Shown: positions 1 to 13,766, counted from the stretch's first letter. The stretch: 64,000 nucleotides of DNA from Eledone cirrhosa (GCA_964016885.1 CAXHJY010001528.1:72791-136790), one strand, 5' to 3'. Program-made: numbers and translations. Notes: generated from the sequence alone by a model not told the origin.

Positions 1-29
1 CCTAACTGTACCAAGGATCTCACACATTT

Positions 30-80
<51 letters not shown>

Positions 81-190
81 AGAGAATACATGAAAAGAAC
101 ATGCTTTTTCATTACAGGGTAGTATTTTTACCACAATGAGCTCATTATATTACAGGAAACAACGCGAGTCCTTTACTCCGTTGCTTCATT

Positions 191-284
<94 letters not shown>

Positions 285-354
285 CCAAGCGGGAAACTAA
301 TAAACTTTGTTATTGCACATCTTGTTCGTTCGTTTGTTTTGATATATATATATA

Positions 355-460
355 TGCAAAATATAAACTGAAATAACAAAGCAAATGACACAGTATAATG
401 AAGAAATATATTAGTTTAACTCTTGATATAGTAGGAAAAGAGTCATTACGTTTCGGATAC
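355..460 (-). mobile_element. Truncated Penelope-like 3' end (same family as 14540-14720 and 34830-35010)
   Basis: Minus strand tccGAAACgtaatgactcttttcc...gttaaactaatatatttc aligns by eye with the other two copies; ends in (TA)n. Confidence 0.55.
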
Positions 461-925
461 TAGTCATATATGTATGCATAAGAAAGATTTCGCAAATGCA
501 CTTCGGATATCTTTAAGAGTTTCTTTTATTTCTTTAAAATGTATTATGGCGTTGGTTCTCAACCCAGTAGTACTGGAAGTTTGTGTTACAAATGTTACAA
601 ATTGTGTTACAAATTTCAAGTACTTTGATAAAAATAAAACACACAACAAACTAACGCTATCGTGTATCTAATACGCTATCGTGTATCTATTCTTCTCTAA
701 GTATAAAGAAATCTCTTGATTATTAATCTCGCTATTCGCTGTATAACAAACTACTAAGGAAGAAATTGCAGAAGTTGTATCTTTATATAGAAAGGGGTTG
801 CTTACATTTAGATGTGTTTAATTGACCGAATGTTTAGTGAAACTCTTTGGTAAATCCTAGACAGTAATTAAATAATTAACAATAAAGAGAAAAACAATAT
901 TTTCATCGTGAAATAGTTTTAGATA

Positions 926-1146
926 AAAGGGTCTACCGAAAGGTTTATAGGCCGAAAAGTTCACAAGCTGACAAAGATACTCTCATGGAATGACCAAATG
1001 AGGTTTATTTTTCAACATAGTCCCTCCCTGGAAAGAAACAATGCAGTTACCAATAGGAAGAGTTGAAATTAATGCATGCAAGATTTCACAGCTCTAGCAT
1101 CATTCCTTCACAGTCAGCCTATGAACTTTTCAGCCGACCGTCGTAT
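926..1146. mobile_element. Mariner-type MITE, copy 1
   Basis: TIR-like ends (g)ccgaaaagttcacaagctga / tcagcctatgaacttttcagccgaccgtcg-TA; shared ~200-bp body with three other copies. Confidence 0.7.
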
Positions 1147-2014
1147 ATCATTCTCAGAAGGTGTAATAGATTTATCTGCCTCGACAAAGTATATTAACAT
1201 GATTGGACCTGTACGTGTAATTATGAGAAGCTTTTGTCATGGGAACTCTATGAGTAGTAACGGCTTGCATTGTTTCATAGATTTATTACAAATCTATGGA
1301 GAAGATCATGTTTGCTGTATTAGTTAAATGAACATACTTGAAGAATCTTCGGGTAGGTACTTCATAAGACATGCTTTGCAACAGCAACAATCCTAGAATA
1401 GAAGTAGTTTTAAAAGTATCAGGTTTTATGTAAATATTTAATAATTTAGGAGTGTTGATGTGTATGCATCGATCGTAGTGCACTGCACTAAATAAATATC
1501 TTAAAAGTTTTTGGTTTCATTTCACTGGTTTAAGAGTTCAAGTTCCGCTTGTGTTGATTCCTTTCAGGAGTCTATATAATTAATTATATCTTCATTTCAA
1601 ATATCATTGCTTCGATTAATGAATAAATTATTAAATATGTTTATAATATAATAATGATAAAATCCAAGAAAAATGCAACACAGAGAGATCGAACCTTAGA
1701 CCTTAGGATTACGAAGCGAACATTTTAACCTTAATGTCAACTAATTTCTATACATTAGGAAGTCTCTACACAAATATGATGGTCAGCTAAGAATACAATT
1801 CACCTTTAATTGTTTTCAGAAGAAGGAGGGGTAATAAATTATTCAGCTTGAGAAGAGCTATTACTATCGAAATAAAGAAAGTATTTGAGGAAGAATTTTG
1901 TTGAAGTATATAATATATTTCAGTTCGATAATCGGATTGATCGGAAACAAATACATAACATTGCAAGCGGAGAAAAAGATAACGTCTTTTAATTTTAATA
2001 TTCATAATTTAAAT

Positions 2015-2105
2015 GGTTGTTTCTACTTTTGGCACAAGGTCAGCAATTACCCAGTGTATTACTGGTACTTTATTTTATCGACCCCGTAACGATGAAAGGC
2101 AAAGT
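2015..2105 (-). mobile_element. SINE family 1, 3' part
   Basis: Reverse complement of core aactttgcctttcatc...ggggtcgataaaataaagtaccag. Confidence 0.75.
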
Positions 2106-2770
2106 TAATAATTTCATACAATTTGGGTATCTAAACAAGGTTGACATCAAACTCTTCATTACATCATCGTTTCTAAGTAAGGCATTAGGTATCATAGAAT
2201 TAGGTGGGACACTGTTTGTTTGCATTTAAAATTAACCCTAAAAGAAAGTGGATTTTAAATTGTTAAACTGATAATTAGACAGCCTAATGAGCGACACATC
2301 ACGATTAGCTTGTTCGTGCAATTAGCAAAGAAAGTAAGGTAAAAAGAATGATGGTGATGATAATAATATAGGTAGTTTAAATACTGATGATAGTTTTCGT
2401 TTAGTTCGATTATAATAACACCTGTCGTTTTAAGTCCTTTTGAAGATAAAATCAATAAACCACTAACACATATTCCTCTATGCCAAGGTATTTATGTACA
2501 TATTTGTTCATATATATCATTTTACATCCTGAGAGAGTGTTTGTGCGTCAGTTTTGTTGTTTGAAAAATATTCCTCCCAGCTTTTCACCAATCAAAATTC
2601 CTCAAATATATTTTTGCCAATCTTTAAATAATTTTCGTAAAATAATTTCGAATGCTTTAGTTTTCTGTAAATCTAACCGTTCATTGTTGATCGTAGAAGA
2701 ATTTCCATAGGTTTCTTTCTAACCAAAGAAACACAGCAATTAACTTTATAGTGAACTGAAGCCTTACAAA

Positions 2771-3098
2771 ATGATGACAGTTTTCTTACTGTCGACCATA
2801 ATGATTTTATTGTCATCGTTTGAAAGTGTTGAACCAAAGGGAGAACTAGATCAAAGGATATTCTATGCGATGCCATTTTACCGTTACAATTTACCACCTG
2901 GTCGAGGGGATGACTTAGGGACTTATCCTTGCCAATCTGTTCAACACGGAACATTGATTTGTCTTTCTGTGAAACACTGTAGCTCTTTCGTTTTCAAAAA
3001 TGGTTTGAATCCTTCGTGTAAGTTATACAGTATCCTTCCAGAAGACGGATTATCATTGGAACATAACACCGATTACCAAATCTATTACTCTTTAGAAG
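2771..3098 (+). CDS. Exon 1 of a 5-exon gene for a secreted 294-aa protein (signal peptide plus PAN/Apple-like Cys module)
   Basis: aaaATG at 2771; hydrophobic leader MMTVFLLSTIMILLSS; C-x5-C-SSF-x-F-x7-C-x-L pattern (CLSVKHCSSFVFKNGLNPSCKLY); donor AG|GTAAGC at 3099, phase 1. Confidence 0.85.
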
Positions 3099-3544
3099 GT
3101 AAGCATTGCTAAAATGCAGTTCTTTATAATTTGCTTTAGAAAACTGATGCCAAGAAGAATATGTTGTTGTTGTTTTTGTTTTTGTTTGTTTGTTCAACTG
3201 TCATTCTTGATTATTAACATATTGTTTTCTTTTTATTTATGTTCAACATTAATATCTGATGTGATAAAATTACTTTTCTTCTAAAGTGTTGTATTCTTCA
3301 ATGTCAATTTTCTTTTGGGAGACATGGCCAAGAATTTTCGCACCTTTTTTTTTTGCGTGAAAATGTGAAGAAGAAATAATGTGAAGAAGAAATAAAATTT
3401 GTCTTTAAACAAATGACAAAACTTATTAATTATTTATTTGTCTAAACCATCCACGGGTAGGCTTCTCACAACCCTTCGAAACTATCTGTACGAGTAATTC
3501 AATAAAATTTACTCACACCTTGTTGTTAAAAAACCCTTTCGAAA

Positions 3545-3750
3545 TATTATTCCAATCGTAGCGGGAGACACAGTTGGTGCCATCTTGAAGAAAAGGAAAT
3601 CATGGTTGGAGAAGGTTAGGATGGACATTTGATTAGAACTATTTACAGAAAACTACACTATTAGGAACCGCAAGAATCGTTTAGAACGTGCTCGAAAATT
3701 GAGCTGATGAAAGAATTCCAAAGGATCCTTGGTCGTTGGTTATGACTCAC
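3545..3750 (+). mobile_element. Decayed R4/Dong-like (RLE) LINE 3' end in intron 1
   Basis: Frameshifted IIPIVAG..GAI...WLEKV...QKTTLLGTARI..NVL*, typical of the RLE-LINE C-terminus. Confidence 0.6.
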
Positions 3751-3898
3751 TCTTGGGGTTGTAAAAACGACACAAGTTTGGCCGGTGATACGGACAGTAA
3801 TGAAAAAAAATACAATGATTAAAACGATGTTGTTGTTTTTTTACGTTTAATGAAGTTTATTCTGGTTTAATTCAAAATAGAATTTGATTTTTTTCTAG

Positions 3899-4071
3899 AA
3901 CATAAACATAATTGGATACTAGTGTTTGAATCAAAGGCTTATAATGGTAGAAGTCCTTATAAACTATACAACTCACCTTTAAGCGGAGTGTGGAAGGCAC
4001 CCAATAATTATTCTCTTGGTGTGTTTAAAAGTTCTTTGATTGAAAATTGGGCATCGCTTCATGTGGAAAAG
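3899..4071 (+). CDS. Exon 2 of the secreted protein gene (EHKHNWILVFESKAYNGRSPY...IENWASLHVEK)
   Basis: Acceptor tttttttctag; phase-1 junction G|AA restores frame; open frame to donor AAG|GTATTT, phase 0. Confidence 0.85.
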
Positions 4072-4379
4072 GTATTTCATTCACTTCTAATTATTATGCG
4101 CACATATCTATCTATCTAAACTGGCCGAGTTTACACTCGCAAATAAGAAGAACCAAGGCCGCCCCTAGGAGCATTGGATTTGGTGTACTTCATATTTGTT
4201 TCGGTTGCGGAATACAATCAGGGATCGCTGCTTCTTGAAGGTCAATAGTCCCTCGAGCGGGAGCGCCTTTCCATTGTCAATTTGCATTGATCATCTGCAA
4301 AGCCGTATTGTTCTCAGAACCACTACAACAGTCTTTTGATGCGTGCAGCTGGAACTACTGCCACCCATTGATTTGGCAG

Positions 4380-4532
4380 GATCGCAACTCATTTCTACAG
4401 CCGAGTAAACTGGAGCAACGTGAAATAAAGTGTCTTGCTCAAGGATACAACTCATCACCCAGTCCGAGAATCGAACTCACAACCTTTAGATTTCAAGCCC
4501 AATGCTCTAACCATTAAACCATGCGCCTTCAC
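4380..4532 (-). mobile_element. tRNA-derived SINE family 2 (intron 2); further copies near 10655-10915, 18895-19190, 40690-40935, 45112-45210, 53885-54030
   Basis: Shared gtgaaataaagtgtcttgctcaagg...gaatcgaactc...taacca motif with A/B-box-like head. Confidence 0.7.
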
Positions 4533-4632
4533 TATACCTACAGGTTATTTCTTTTATCGATTTGTTTCTGTCAAACCGCTAAGTTACAAGACATAAACAA
4601 ACACAGACATGGGCGTACACACACACACACAC

Positions 4633-4716
<84 letters not shown>

Positions 4717-5104
4717 TTTTTGACATTTTTACATGCCTAGATATTAGTGTACACATTTATATATGTTTACGGTCTCACGGCTACAAATGCTCTATTTATA
4801 CAGGTATAACTTTATCATACACTTTGGCTGTTAGCACACTTTATATATATGTGTGTGTGTGTGTGTGTGTGGCTTCGACAAAGTTACTGTCAACCAACTC
4901 ACAATTACTCAAGGCATTGGTTTTGTGATTTCGCAAGAAATTATATAAAGCCGTTGATTGGTTGGCTAAATTGGTCAGGGTGTCTGCAGTGTCTTTTATT
5001 AGAAATGTGCTAACGGACGGGTTAAAACAGTTTTATTTTGCCAAGCTGATACATAACAGACAATAAAGGAATACGTAATGAGATATTTTCAATCATGTTT
5101 CCAG

Positions 5105-5268
5105 GTTAAGTTCATTCTTGAACAGGATGGTCAAACAGCAGTGAGCATGGTATTTGATGGGAAACATAGCAACAAAATGAACTGGTTTAGCCAGGAACGA
5201 CTGATAGAAGCAATGCCTTGGACTGACATTAAGACAAAGAAACCCAACATGTTCAGTATAATCGGAGA
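5105..5268 (+). CDS. Exon 3 (VKFILEQDG...[19 protein letters not shown]...PWTD...NMFSIIG)
   Basis: Acceptor tgtttccag, phase 0; donor GA|GTAAGT, phase 2. Confidence 0.9.
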
Positions 5269-5549
5269 GTAAGTATATACACACATACATACACACAAAC
5301 ACACATACACACACATATGCACACACGCATTCACATTCATAGACATACATCCATACACAAATACACACACACATACACACACACAGATTATATATATATA
5401 TATATATGTGTGTGTATATGCATATACATACACATATACATATATATATATATACATGTATATACATATATGCATAGATATACATATTATATATATACAT
5501 ATATATACATACATATATATATATATATACATACATATATATATGTGTG

Positions 5550-5624
<75 letters not shown>

Positions 5625-6074
5625 AGATAAGCAGAACAAGCAAAATTCAAACAATTTTTTAAAATAAATTAAAAAATATAATTTAAATATTTACCTATTC
5701 CAATTGCTTTTACCGATCGGTTTCACTTCACAAAAGATTGGAGATCCATAGGAACTTCCAATGGAAAAGTTTAGATCATCAGAAGGCATTTTCCTTTCCT
5801 AGGACTAAAAGTCCCAGGAACGGCAAAATATATTGCCATCTGCCAGCTAGCACAGGATCGAATGGGGCCGAAAATTTGACCTGTACATGAACCAGTCCGT
5901 AGTATAAGCGGAAGTAAACATAGACGTGTTGTCTATCTCACCACTAAAAATAGCAGCTAAATAGAACAACAGATTCCAGGGGTACTTAGTACCTGTGGGC
6001 ATATTAACTTCTTTTAATATTCTCCGTTATGTAGAGAACAAATCTGTTTTTGTTTTTTACACGCAGAAATGCCC

Positions 6075-6250
<176 letters not shown>

Positions 6251-6333
6251 AAGATGCTTTTTCGACAACCTGTTGGCTGAAAAACAAAACCCGTCAAAGA
6301 AATCCTTCTTCGATACTTTTTTTTCTTTTTCAG

Positions 6334-6506
6334 AGATACCGTTTATAAAAGAAGGTTTTACATCAACGAGAATTACGACCACTGTAAACACGATAGAGGC
6401 TGGCTTCTAATTCGAGATGATAGAAAAGGCATGGCTTGCAAATTTGATGCCAGAAAATTTCCAATTTTCATATTTTCTCCTGGGAAAGCAGCGACTTATC
6501 TTAAAT
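6334..6506 (+). CDS. Exon 4 (EDTVYKRRFYINENYDHCKHDRGWLLIRDD...CKF...FIFSPGKAATYLK)
   Basis: Strong acceptor ttttttttctttttcag, phase 2 compatible; donor T|GTGTGT (phase 1) is weaker but required by exon 5. Confidence 0.85.
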
Positions 6507-6764
6507 GTGTGTTTATATTGTTTTGTTTTGTTTTATCGATTCAACACACACGCACACACTAGCATTCCGTTGAAGTAACTGATGTTCTTTGGAAAAGAAA
6601 TAAACATCACAAACTGACATTTAAAAATCCACCACAGGAATGTCTGTTCGCTGAAGTATTTCGCTTCGTGGTTACATGGTTTCAGTAACAATCCCACTTC
6701 AACAGAAGCTTAATGTTTCAGATGTAGTGAAAGTTTGTCAAAAGAACTGCTCCTGTTTTTGGTG

Positions 6765-7163
6765 GTTGACTTAATCCTTTGCCCTATTTAACACAACTAC
6801 CACCTGGCACTTAGATGTCTTTCGTAGGGTTAACTTCATTGCAAATATGCGAAACAAATCTACAGTTGACTTAATCCATTGTTCTGTTTAATATAACTAC
6901 CACCTGGCTATGGGATGTCTTTAGTAGGGTTAACTTTGTTTCAAATATGCGAATCAAATCTCCAGTTGACTTGATCCGTTATTCTGTTTAACACAATTAC
7001 CACTTGACTCTTGAATGTCTTTAAGGAGTCAACTTTATTGCAAACACTCAGAGGAGGTCTTCGGTTTATTTAATCCGTTGCCCTGTTTAATATAAACACA
7101 ACTTGGCTCTCGAATATCTTTAGCAGAGTCCATCCTATTGCAAATATTTGAATAAGGTCTCCA
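6765..7163. repeat. 100-bp minisatellite, 4 diverged copies (intron 4)
   Basis: gttgacttaatcc or a variant recurs at 6765, 6865, 6965, 7064. Confidence 0.85.
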
Positions 7164-7654
7164 ATCCGTGAATAGCTTCTTCCTTATCGCCATCAATATC
7201 ACAACGATATACTGTATAGGTATATATGAAGGTTTATACGATACGTTTATATATAATTAACATACATAAGCCTTGATAGGAATGTTTTAAACTGTGATTA
7301 TGTCACAACTATCCCAGTAGCCGTGTGAGAATGCCAGACACGTGTTGTTGTTTTTAATTTGTATCCTTCATCGGTGACGTTTATTCACTCGGCACTGAAA
7401 TAAGAATAAACTATAGTTTGAATAAGATATATATATTTTTTTTTTTTGTGGCGGGCATATGGAACATCTGCCGGTGATAGTCATTTATATACAGTGGGGG
7501 TGGCCGGATAGAATTAATTATTAGTGGCACTAACATCGCGTGATTCATAATATAGGTATATATGAAGACATATACGATATGTTTAAGTGTAATAAACATA
7601 CCTAAGTCTCACTATCAATGACTTAAGCTGTGATCATGTCACATTTGATGATAT

Positions 7655-7838
7655 ATGAAGGTTGGCTGAAAAGTTCATAGGCTGATTATGAAGGAGTGAT
7701 GTTAGAGCTGGGAAATCTTGCATGCATTAATTTCAACTATTTTTATTAATAACTGCATTGTTTGTTTTTTTTAACTTCATGTGGTCATTCCTTGAGAATA
7801 TCTTGGTCAGCCTATTGACTTTTCAGTCAACCCTTGCA
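7655..7838. mobile_element. Mariner-type MITE, copy 2 (inverted, in intron 4)
   Basis: ggttggctgaaaagttcataggctga ... tcagcctattgacttttcagtcaacc. Confidence 0.7.
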
Positions 7839-7887
7839 TGCCTGTTAAATTTCTCATAGATATATTTTTTCTTCTTTTCTTTCGCAG

Positions 7888-7934
7888 ACTTTGAGTTCGC
7901 CGACAAAATGCTTATCTCCATCAAAGTACGTTAA
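7888..7934 (+). CDS. Exon 5, terminal (YFEFADKMLISIKVR*)
   Basis: Acceptor ttcttttctttcgcag; T|AC = Tyr; TAA at 7932-7934; exon lengths 328+173+164+173+47 = 885 nt = 294 aa plus stop. Confidence 0.8.
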
Positions 7935-7972
7935 AAGCGAAAAACAGGAACAGAAAACAAATTTTAAAAATC

Positions 7973-7981
7973 AATAAACCG

Positions 7982-8033
<52 letters not shown>

Positions 8034-8109
8034 CGTTGATGTTGATGATGATGATGATGACGGTGATTATGATGACGATCATGATGATGATGGTGATGAT
8101 TTCAATAAA
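7973..8109 (+). terminator. Candidate polyadenylation signals of the gene
   Basis: AATAAA at 7973-7978 and 8104-8109, downstream of the stop codon. Confidence 0.45.
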
Positions 8110-8202
8110 CCAACAGTATCATAAATTATAATAAACTAGATGAGGGCAACGTCTTCTCCCTCTTTCTGTCACACACACATTCTCTCTCTCTCTCACTCTC
8201 TC

Positions 8203-8267
<65 letters not shown>

Positions 8268-8268
8268 C

Positions 8269-8385
<117 letters not shown>

Positions 8386-8523
8386 AACAAATGACGTTCC
8401 TTTTCTCTCTCTATGTATGTATATCTCTTTCGCTTGGTGCTACACCTCAATATATATAGACGAGGGTGACGTCATAACTTTCTGTCTGTCTATCTCTTTC
8501 TGTCACCTGGAAAACACACGGTA

Positions 8524-8566
<43 letters not shown>

Positions 8567-8918
8567 GTACATATCTCTCGCTTGGCACTTCGTCTCTACA
8601 TATAAAGTGAGCGTGACGGACGGACGGACGGATAGACAACGCTCTTATTATAATATAGACTAGAAGGAAACTACTTATTTGATATACATAGATTAATGTC
8701 ATAGTGATAATATGTCTGAGGTGTTCAGAACTTGATTATAGCCATTAATTGAATAAATGAAAATATGTCCACCCTATTTCATGTATTGAGTATTTTTTTC
8801 ATTAAATCTTGATTCTCTTCACTTCAAACGAGTACATGGACAATATGCACACGCGCGGGCGCGCAAATACAGACACACACACAGACACACACACACACAC
8901 ACATACTCATATGTATCA

Positions 8919-8945
<27 letters not shown>

Positions 8946-8952
<7 letters not shown>

Positions 8953-9217
8953 GTGAGGTTTTTTTACAAAATGAAAAATAACCGAGGTGTCCTACACGAG
9001 TGAAAATATAAAGAAAAAAAGATGAAATTGAAAATGCAACTGGAGTCTTATTTTTTTTTAAATATATATATTTATTTGGTTCTTTTACCACAGACCCTCC
9101 ATCTCAACTCTACTTTTGAAAAGCAGAAGAACTGCGAAACCGGTAAAGGAACCAAATAAATATATATATTTTTTTTAAAATAAGACTCCAGTTGCATTTT
9201 CGATTTCATCTTTTTTT

Positions 9218-9225
<8 letters not shown>
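8946..9225. mobile_element. Tailed palindrome, family D, with degenerate hammerhead at 9112-9149
   Basis: ~84-bp inverted arms 9006-9089/9142-9225, ~60-nt tail on the left, (TA)n on both sides; ACTT-TTGAAAA-GCAG aagaa CTGC-GAAACCGGTA-AAGG. Confidence 0.7.
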
Positions 9226-9299
<74 letters not shown>

Positions 9300-9360
9300 T
9301 ATATATATAATATGCATATATATGTATATATAAATATACACACACACGCACGCATACACA

Positions 9361-9417
<57 letters not shown>

Positions 9418-10172
9418 TATTATATGTAAAAAAGCAGTCGTGTTTGTTTCTGAATAATATTTCTAATTTATCTTCATGTCAATGGTTTGTATCAATGCTC
9501 ATGAAATAACTTGTAGGTGGTGCCCCAGCATGGTCATAATCTAATTGGTGAAGTCAATAAGAGTAACCGTCGAAACAATTATTTTATCTGTTATACAATA
9601 AGAGATCATGGGGAGATAACTACCAAATGCATTTAGAGTTATTTTCCCTGAATTCAATTAGTTGTATTTTTTATTCGGTGTTGATTGCCAGCCGAATTAA
9701 TTATAAATATAAAAATAATATACAGCGAAATAATATACAGCGAAATAATATACAGCGAAATAATATAAAGCGAAAACCGACCCAAACCGACCCAAACCAA
9801 ACAGTGAGTGTGTTTTACTCTATTTTTCTGGCAAAATTATAATAACATGACCCTCCCAAATTATAACAATATGTATTTTATTCACTTGCGTTCATATGAC
9901 ATGTTATGTGATATATGGTCCTGTGTTGTGACTAAATAACATTGTGTTAGAATCATGTGCCCATTAAAACAAAGATTGTGTAATAACTGTTTATTTTACA
10001 CGGAATGCTATCGCCAATTTGTCGGCGGGGCGCAGCCGAAACACTGCTCTGGACCTATGTGTAGAATCTGCTACCCTCGCCCCTTACCCTTTCGTTCTTC
10101 CTTTGTCTAGTAGTACCTATATATACGAGCACACACACACACACAAAACACACACACATATATATATATATA

Positions 10173-10380
10173 TAACAAAGAAAGTGTGTAAGGAACCAGG
10201 TGGACCATAACGCCCCAGAGTACTCGATACTTATGGTAGTAGAGTAGGTAATAGGAAAGGAGTCAGGACCCCGACAGGGCTGAGCTCCGGCCGTTTCGAA
10301 AGCTAGATCCGAACGCGGAGTTCGAATCTAGCTGTCGAAGCGGCCGGATCTCAGCCGTCGTGGTCCTGACGCTTTTCCTA
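10173..10380 (-). mobile_element. Tailed palindrome, family A, copy 1 (most diverged)
   Basis: 79-nt tail plus imperfect hairpin 10252-10380 (TAGGAAAG...TTTTCCTA), flanked by TA. Confidence 0.8.
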
Positions 10381-10412
10381 TATATACACACACACACAGA
10401 CATATATATATG

Positions 10413-10472
<60 letters not shown>

Positions 10473-10959
10473 TATGTGTGGTGTGTTTATAATATATACA
10501 CACACACACAAGTACTAACGTGGCTCTCTCTGACCTACACACTATAGATACTGGTATGCCCCAAGGCCTACTTACACATTCCCCATTCTGTCCATTAACG
10601 ACACACGCTCTTTGTGTGTCTGTATTGGACAACCGTCTGTCCCCTGTTCCCAAGATAAGTGCTTCAATTATTTGAGCAATGGAATAGCCTGCTCATGAAT
10701 TAACACACAAATGGCTGAGCATTCTGCAGACACGTCCAGACTTAACGTAGTTCTCGTGGAGATTCAATACGACACAGTGTGTGACAGAGTTGATAGAACC
10801 TTTGAAATACACGTACAATTCATTCCCCACGCCCCACCAGCTGAATGGACTGGGTTAACGTGAAATAAAGTGTCTTGTTCAAGGACGCCTTGTCTGGGAA
10901 TCGAACATATGACTTAAAGTAGGATCGAACTGGAACCAAGTGGTTGAAAAGTGAACCTC

Positions 10960-12335
10960 TTGACCACACAGCCATATCTACATCCATGTTGTCGTTGTGT
11001 GTGTGTGTGTGTGTATGTGTGTGTGTGTGTTTTCCTACATTGCTCTAGCTGGTACCTCGAACACATCGTCTCGTAGTCAGTAAACCCAACACCTTAACCA
11101 CACAGCTATACCTGTATCAAGGTTATAGCTGTGTGTGTGTGTTTTATGAGGTGAGAATGGAGTGTTATTCCCACCTTACTCTAAGCTGGTATCTCGAACA
11201 CATCGTCTCACAATTAGTAAACCCAACACCTTAACCATACAGCCATACTTGTTTCTATGTTGTCCTTGTGTATTTGTTTTTGTTGGAGTAAGGTGTAATT
11301 TCTACATTGTTCTATAGCTGGTACCTCGAACACATTATCTCACAGTTAGAAAAGCTAACCTCTAAACCACACAACTATACTAGTATTTATGTTGTCTTTA
11401 TGTTGTTGTTGTTGTTGTTGTTGTTTTGTGTGTTGGGGGGGGGGGGGGGGTTAAGCCTACATTACTCTTGGCTGGTACCTTGAACTTGAACACAATGTCT
11501 CACAGTTAGTTAAACCTAACACTTTAACACACAGCCATACCTGTATCCATATTATAGTTGTGTGTTTTTTTATGGGGTGAGGAGGAGGTGGTATTCCTAC
11601 ATTACTCTAAGCTGGTACCTCGAACACATCGTCTCACAGTTAGTAAATCCAACCTCTTTAACCACACAGCCATACCTATGTCTATGTGTATCTTTGTGTT
11701 GTTGCTTTTGTAGAGTGACAGGGAGAGGGTATTCCTATATTAGCCTAAGCTGGTACCTCGAACACATCGTCTCACAGTAGTAAATCCAACCTCTTTAACC
11801 ACACAGCCATACCTGTGTCTATGTGTATCTTTGTGTTGTTGCTTTTGTAGAGTGACAGGGGAGAGGGTATTCCTATATTAGTCTAAGCTGTACCTCGAAC
11901 ACAATGTATCACAGTTAGTAAACCCAACACTTAACCACACAGCCATACCTGTATCTATGGTGTCTTTGTGTTGTTGTTTCTGTAGGGTGGGGGTGGGGTA
12001 GGGTATTCCTATATTACTCTAAGCTGGTACCTCGAACACAATGTCTCACAGTTAGTGAACCCAACACTTTAACCTCACAGCCATACCTGTAATCTATGTG
12101 TCGTTGCGTTGTTGTTTTTGTAGGCTGAGGGTGAGGTAGGGTATTCCTACATTACTCTAAGCTGGTACGTCGAACACAATGTCTCACAGTTAGTGAACCC
12201 AACACTTTAAACCACACAGCCATACCTGTATCTATGGTGTCTTTGTGTTGTTGTTTTTGTAGGGTGAGTGTGGGGGTAGGGTATTCCTATATTAGTCTTA
12301 GCTAGTACCTCGAACACAATGTCTCACAGTTAGAA
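10960..12335 (-). repeat. ~137-bp tandem array, 10 units, each carrying a tRNA/SINE-head-like Pol III promoter
   Basis: ctggtacctcgaacac or a close variant at ~11049, 11186, 11318, 11473, 11612, 11750, 11888, 12024, 12162, 12302; minus strand TGGCTGTGTGGTTAA (A box-like) ... GTTCGAGG (B box-like). Confidence 0.85.
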
Positions 12336-12600
12336 AAAAGGCGTCTAATGTTCTCAGGTTTTATTTTGGCTTTCCTGCAAAATCTGCTTAGTTTGGGGAT
12401 TTCTTGCTCCTGAATTACAGTGGGGTTAATCTTCAAGGTGAGATCTTATAAACCCAACCCCACACCATCACCACCACACCACCACCGCTACCCCGACCCT
12501 ACCAGGATTTTAGTCTAATGTATTCCTTCCATAGCCTAGATATTTCATTTCAAGTTCCCATCTACAACCTCCTCGCTGAACTGATCTATTTGTTTTATTT

Positions 12601-12637
12601 AGTAGTAGTAGTAGTAGTGGTAGTAGTAGTAGTAGTG

Positions 12638-12685
<48 letters not shown>

Positions 12686-13022
12686 GTAGTAGTAGTAGTA
12701 GTAGTTGTTGTTGTTGTTGTTCTTGTTGTTCTTGTTTTTGATGCTTCTGATGCTGCTGCTGTTGTTATTGTTGTTGCTGCTGTTGTTGTTGCTGTTGTGG
12801 TTGTGGTTGCTGCTGTTGCTATTGCTGCTGTTGCTGCTGTCGTTGTTGTTGTTGCTGCTGTTGCTGTGGCTGCTGTTGTTGTTATTGATGATGTTGCTGC
12901 TGTCGTTATCGTTGTTGTTGCTGCTGTTGCTGCTTGTCGTTGTTGTTGCTGGTGTTGCTGTGGCTTGCTACTGTTGTTATTGGTGATGTTGCTGCTGTCG
13001 TTGTCGTTGTTGTTGCTGCTGC

Positions 13023-13055
<33 letters not shown>

Positions 13056-13259
13056 TGTTGTTGCTGTTGTTGTTGTTGTTGCTGTTGTTGTTGTTGTTGT
13101 TGTCATCGTTGTCGTTGTTCTTGCTGTTGTTGCTGTTATTGTTGTTGTTGTTGTTCTTGTTGTTCTTTCTGTTTTTTGTTGTTGTCGTCGTTGTTGTTGT
13201 TGTTGTAAGGTAGGATTTCCGAACGTTGTCAGAAGAAGAAGAAGAAGAAGAAGAAGAAG

Positions 13260-13290
<31 letters not shown>

Positions 13291-13345
13291 GATGAAGAAG
13301 AAGAAGAAGAAGAAGAAGAAGAAGAAGAAGAAGAAGAAGAAGAAG

Positions 13346-13389
<44 letters not shown>

Positions 13390-13441
13390 GATGAAGAAGA
13401 AGAAGAAGAAGAAGAAGAAGAAGAAGAAGAAGAAGAAGAAG

Positions 13442-13482
<41 letters not shown>
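12601..13482. repeat. Compound trinucleotide microsatellite (GTA, GTT/GCT, then repeated (GAA)n(CAA)n blocks)
   Basis: Direct inspection. Confidence 0.95.
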
Positions 13483-13715
13483 GACGAGATCAATGACAGT
13501 GTTATATGCTAACTCTACTCAAGTTCATTAGCTATCCCAACAAGGTTATAGCTTTTCCTGTTTAGAAACTTCAACCAGACACTTTCTGAACTCCTTTCTC
13601 TGCTGCAGATGTTTGCTTAAGTCTTTACAATCCGGGCCTCCTCCTATGTTGTCAATACAGTTATATTGGCCCAGCCAGACCTCCTAGCTAACGTGGGAAA
13701 TATACACCTATACTA

Positions 13716-13766
<51 letters not shown>

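Noticed and set aside
1076-1327. 83-aa ORF as a possible upstream exon or gene
   Set aside because: Starts inside a mariner MITE; no recognisable motif or compatible splice pair
1675-1735. tRNA-like sequence (also other GTTCGA-containing heads)
   Set aside because: No complete cloverleaf; decayed SINE heads
2384-3725. CTGATGA heptamers at ~2384 and ~3704 as hammerhead cores
   Set aside because: No stem II followed by GAAA
7217-7645. Diverged ~90-bp direct duplication in intron 4 (7217 and 7553)
   Set aside because: Old local duplication with no structure or element termini
10960-12335. CRISPR-like repeat-spacer appearance
   Set aside because: The 'spacers' are homologous to each other, the repeat is SINE-derived, the context is eukaryotic and there are no cas genes
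12518-13531. Poly-V/A/T/Q/E ORFs suggesting a mucin or low-complexity protein
   Set aside because: Trinucleotide microsatellites with no splice context or non-repetitive coding part
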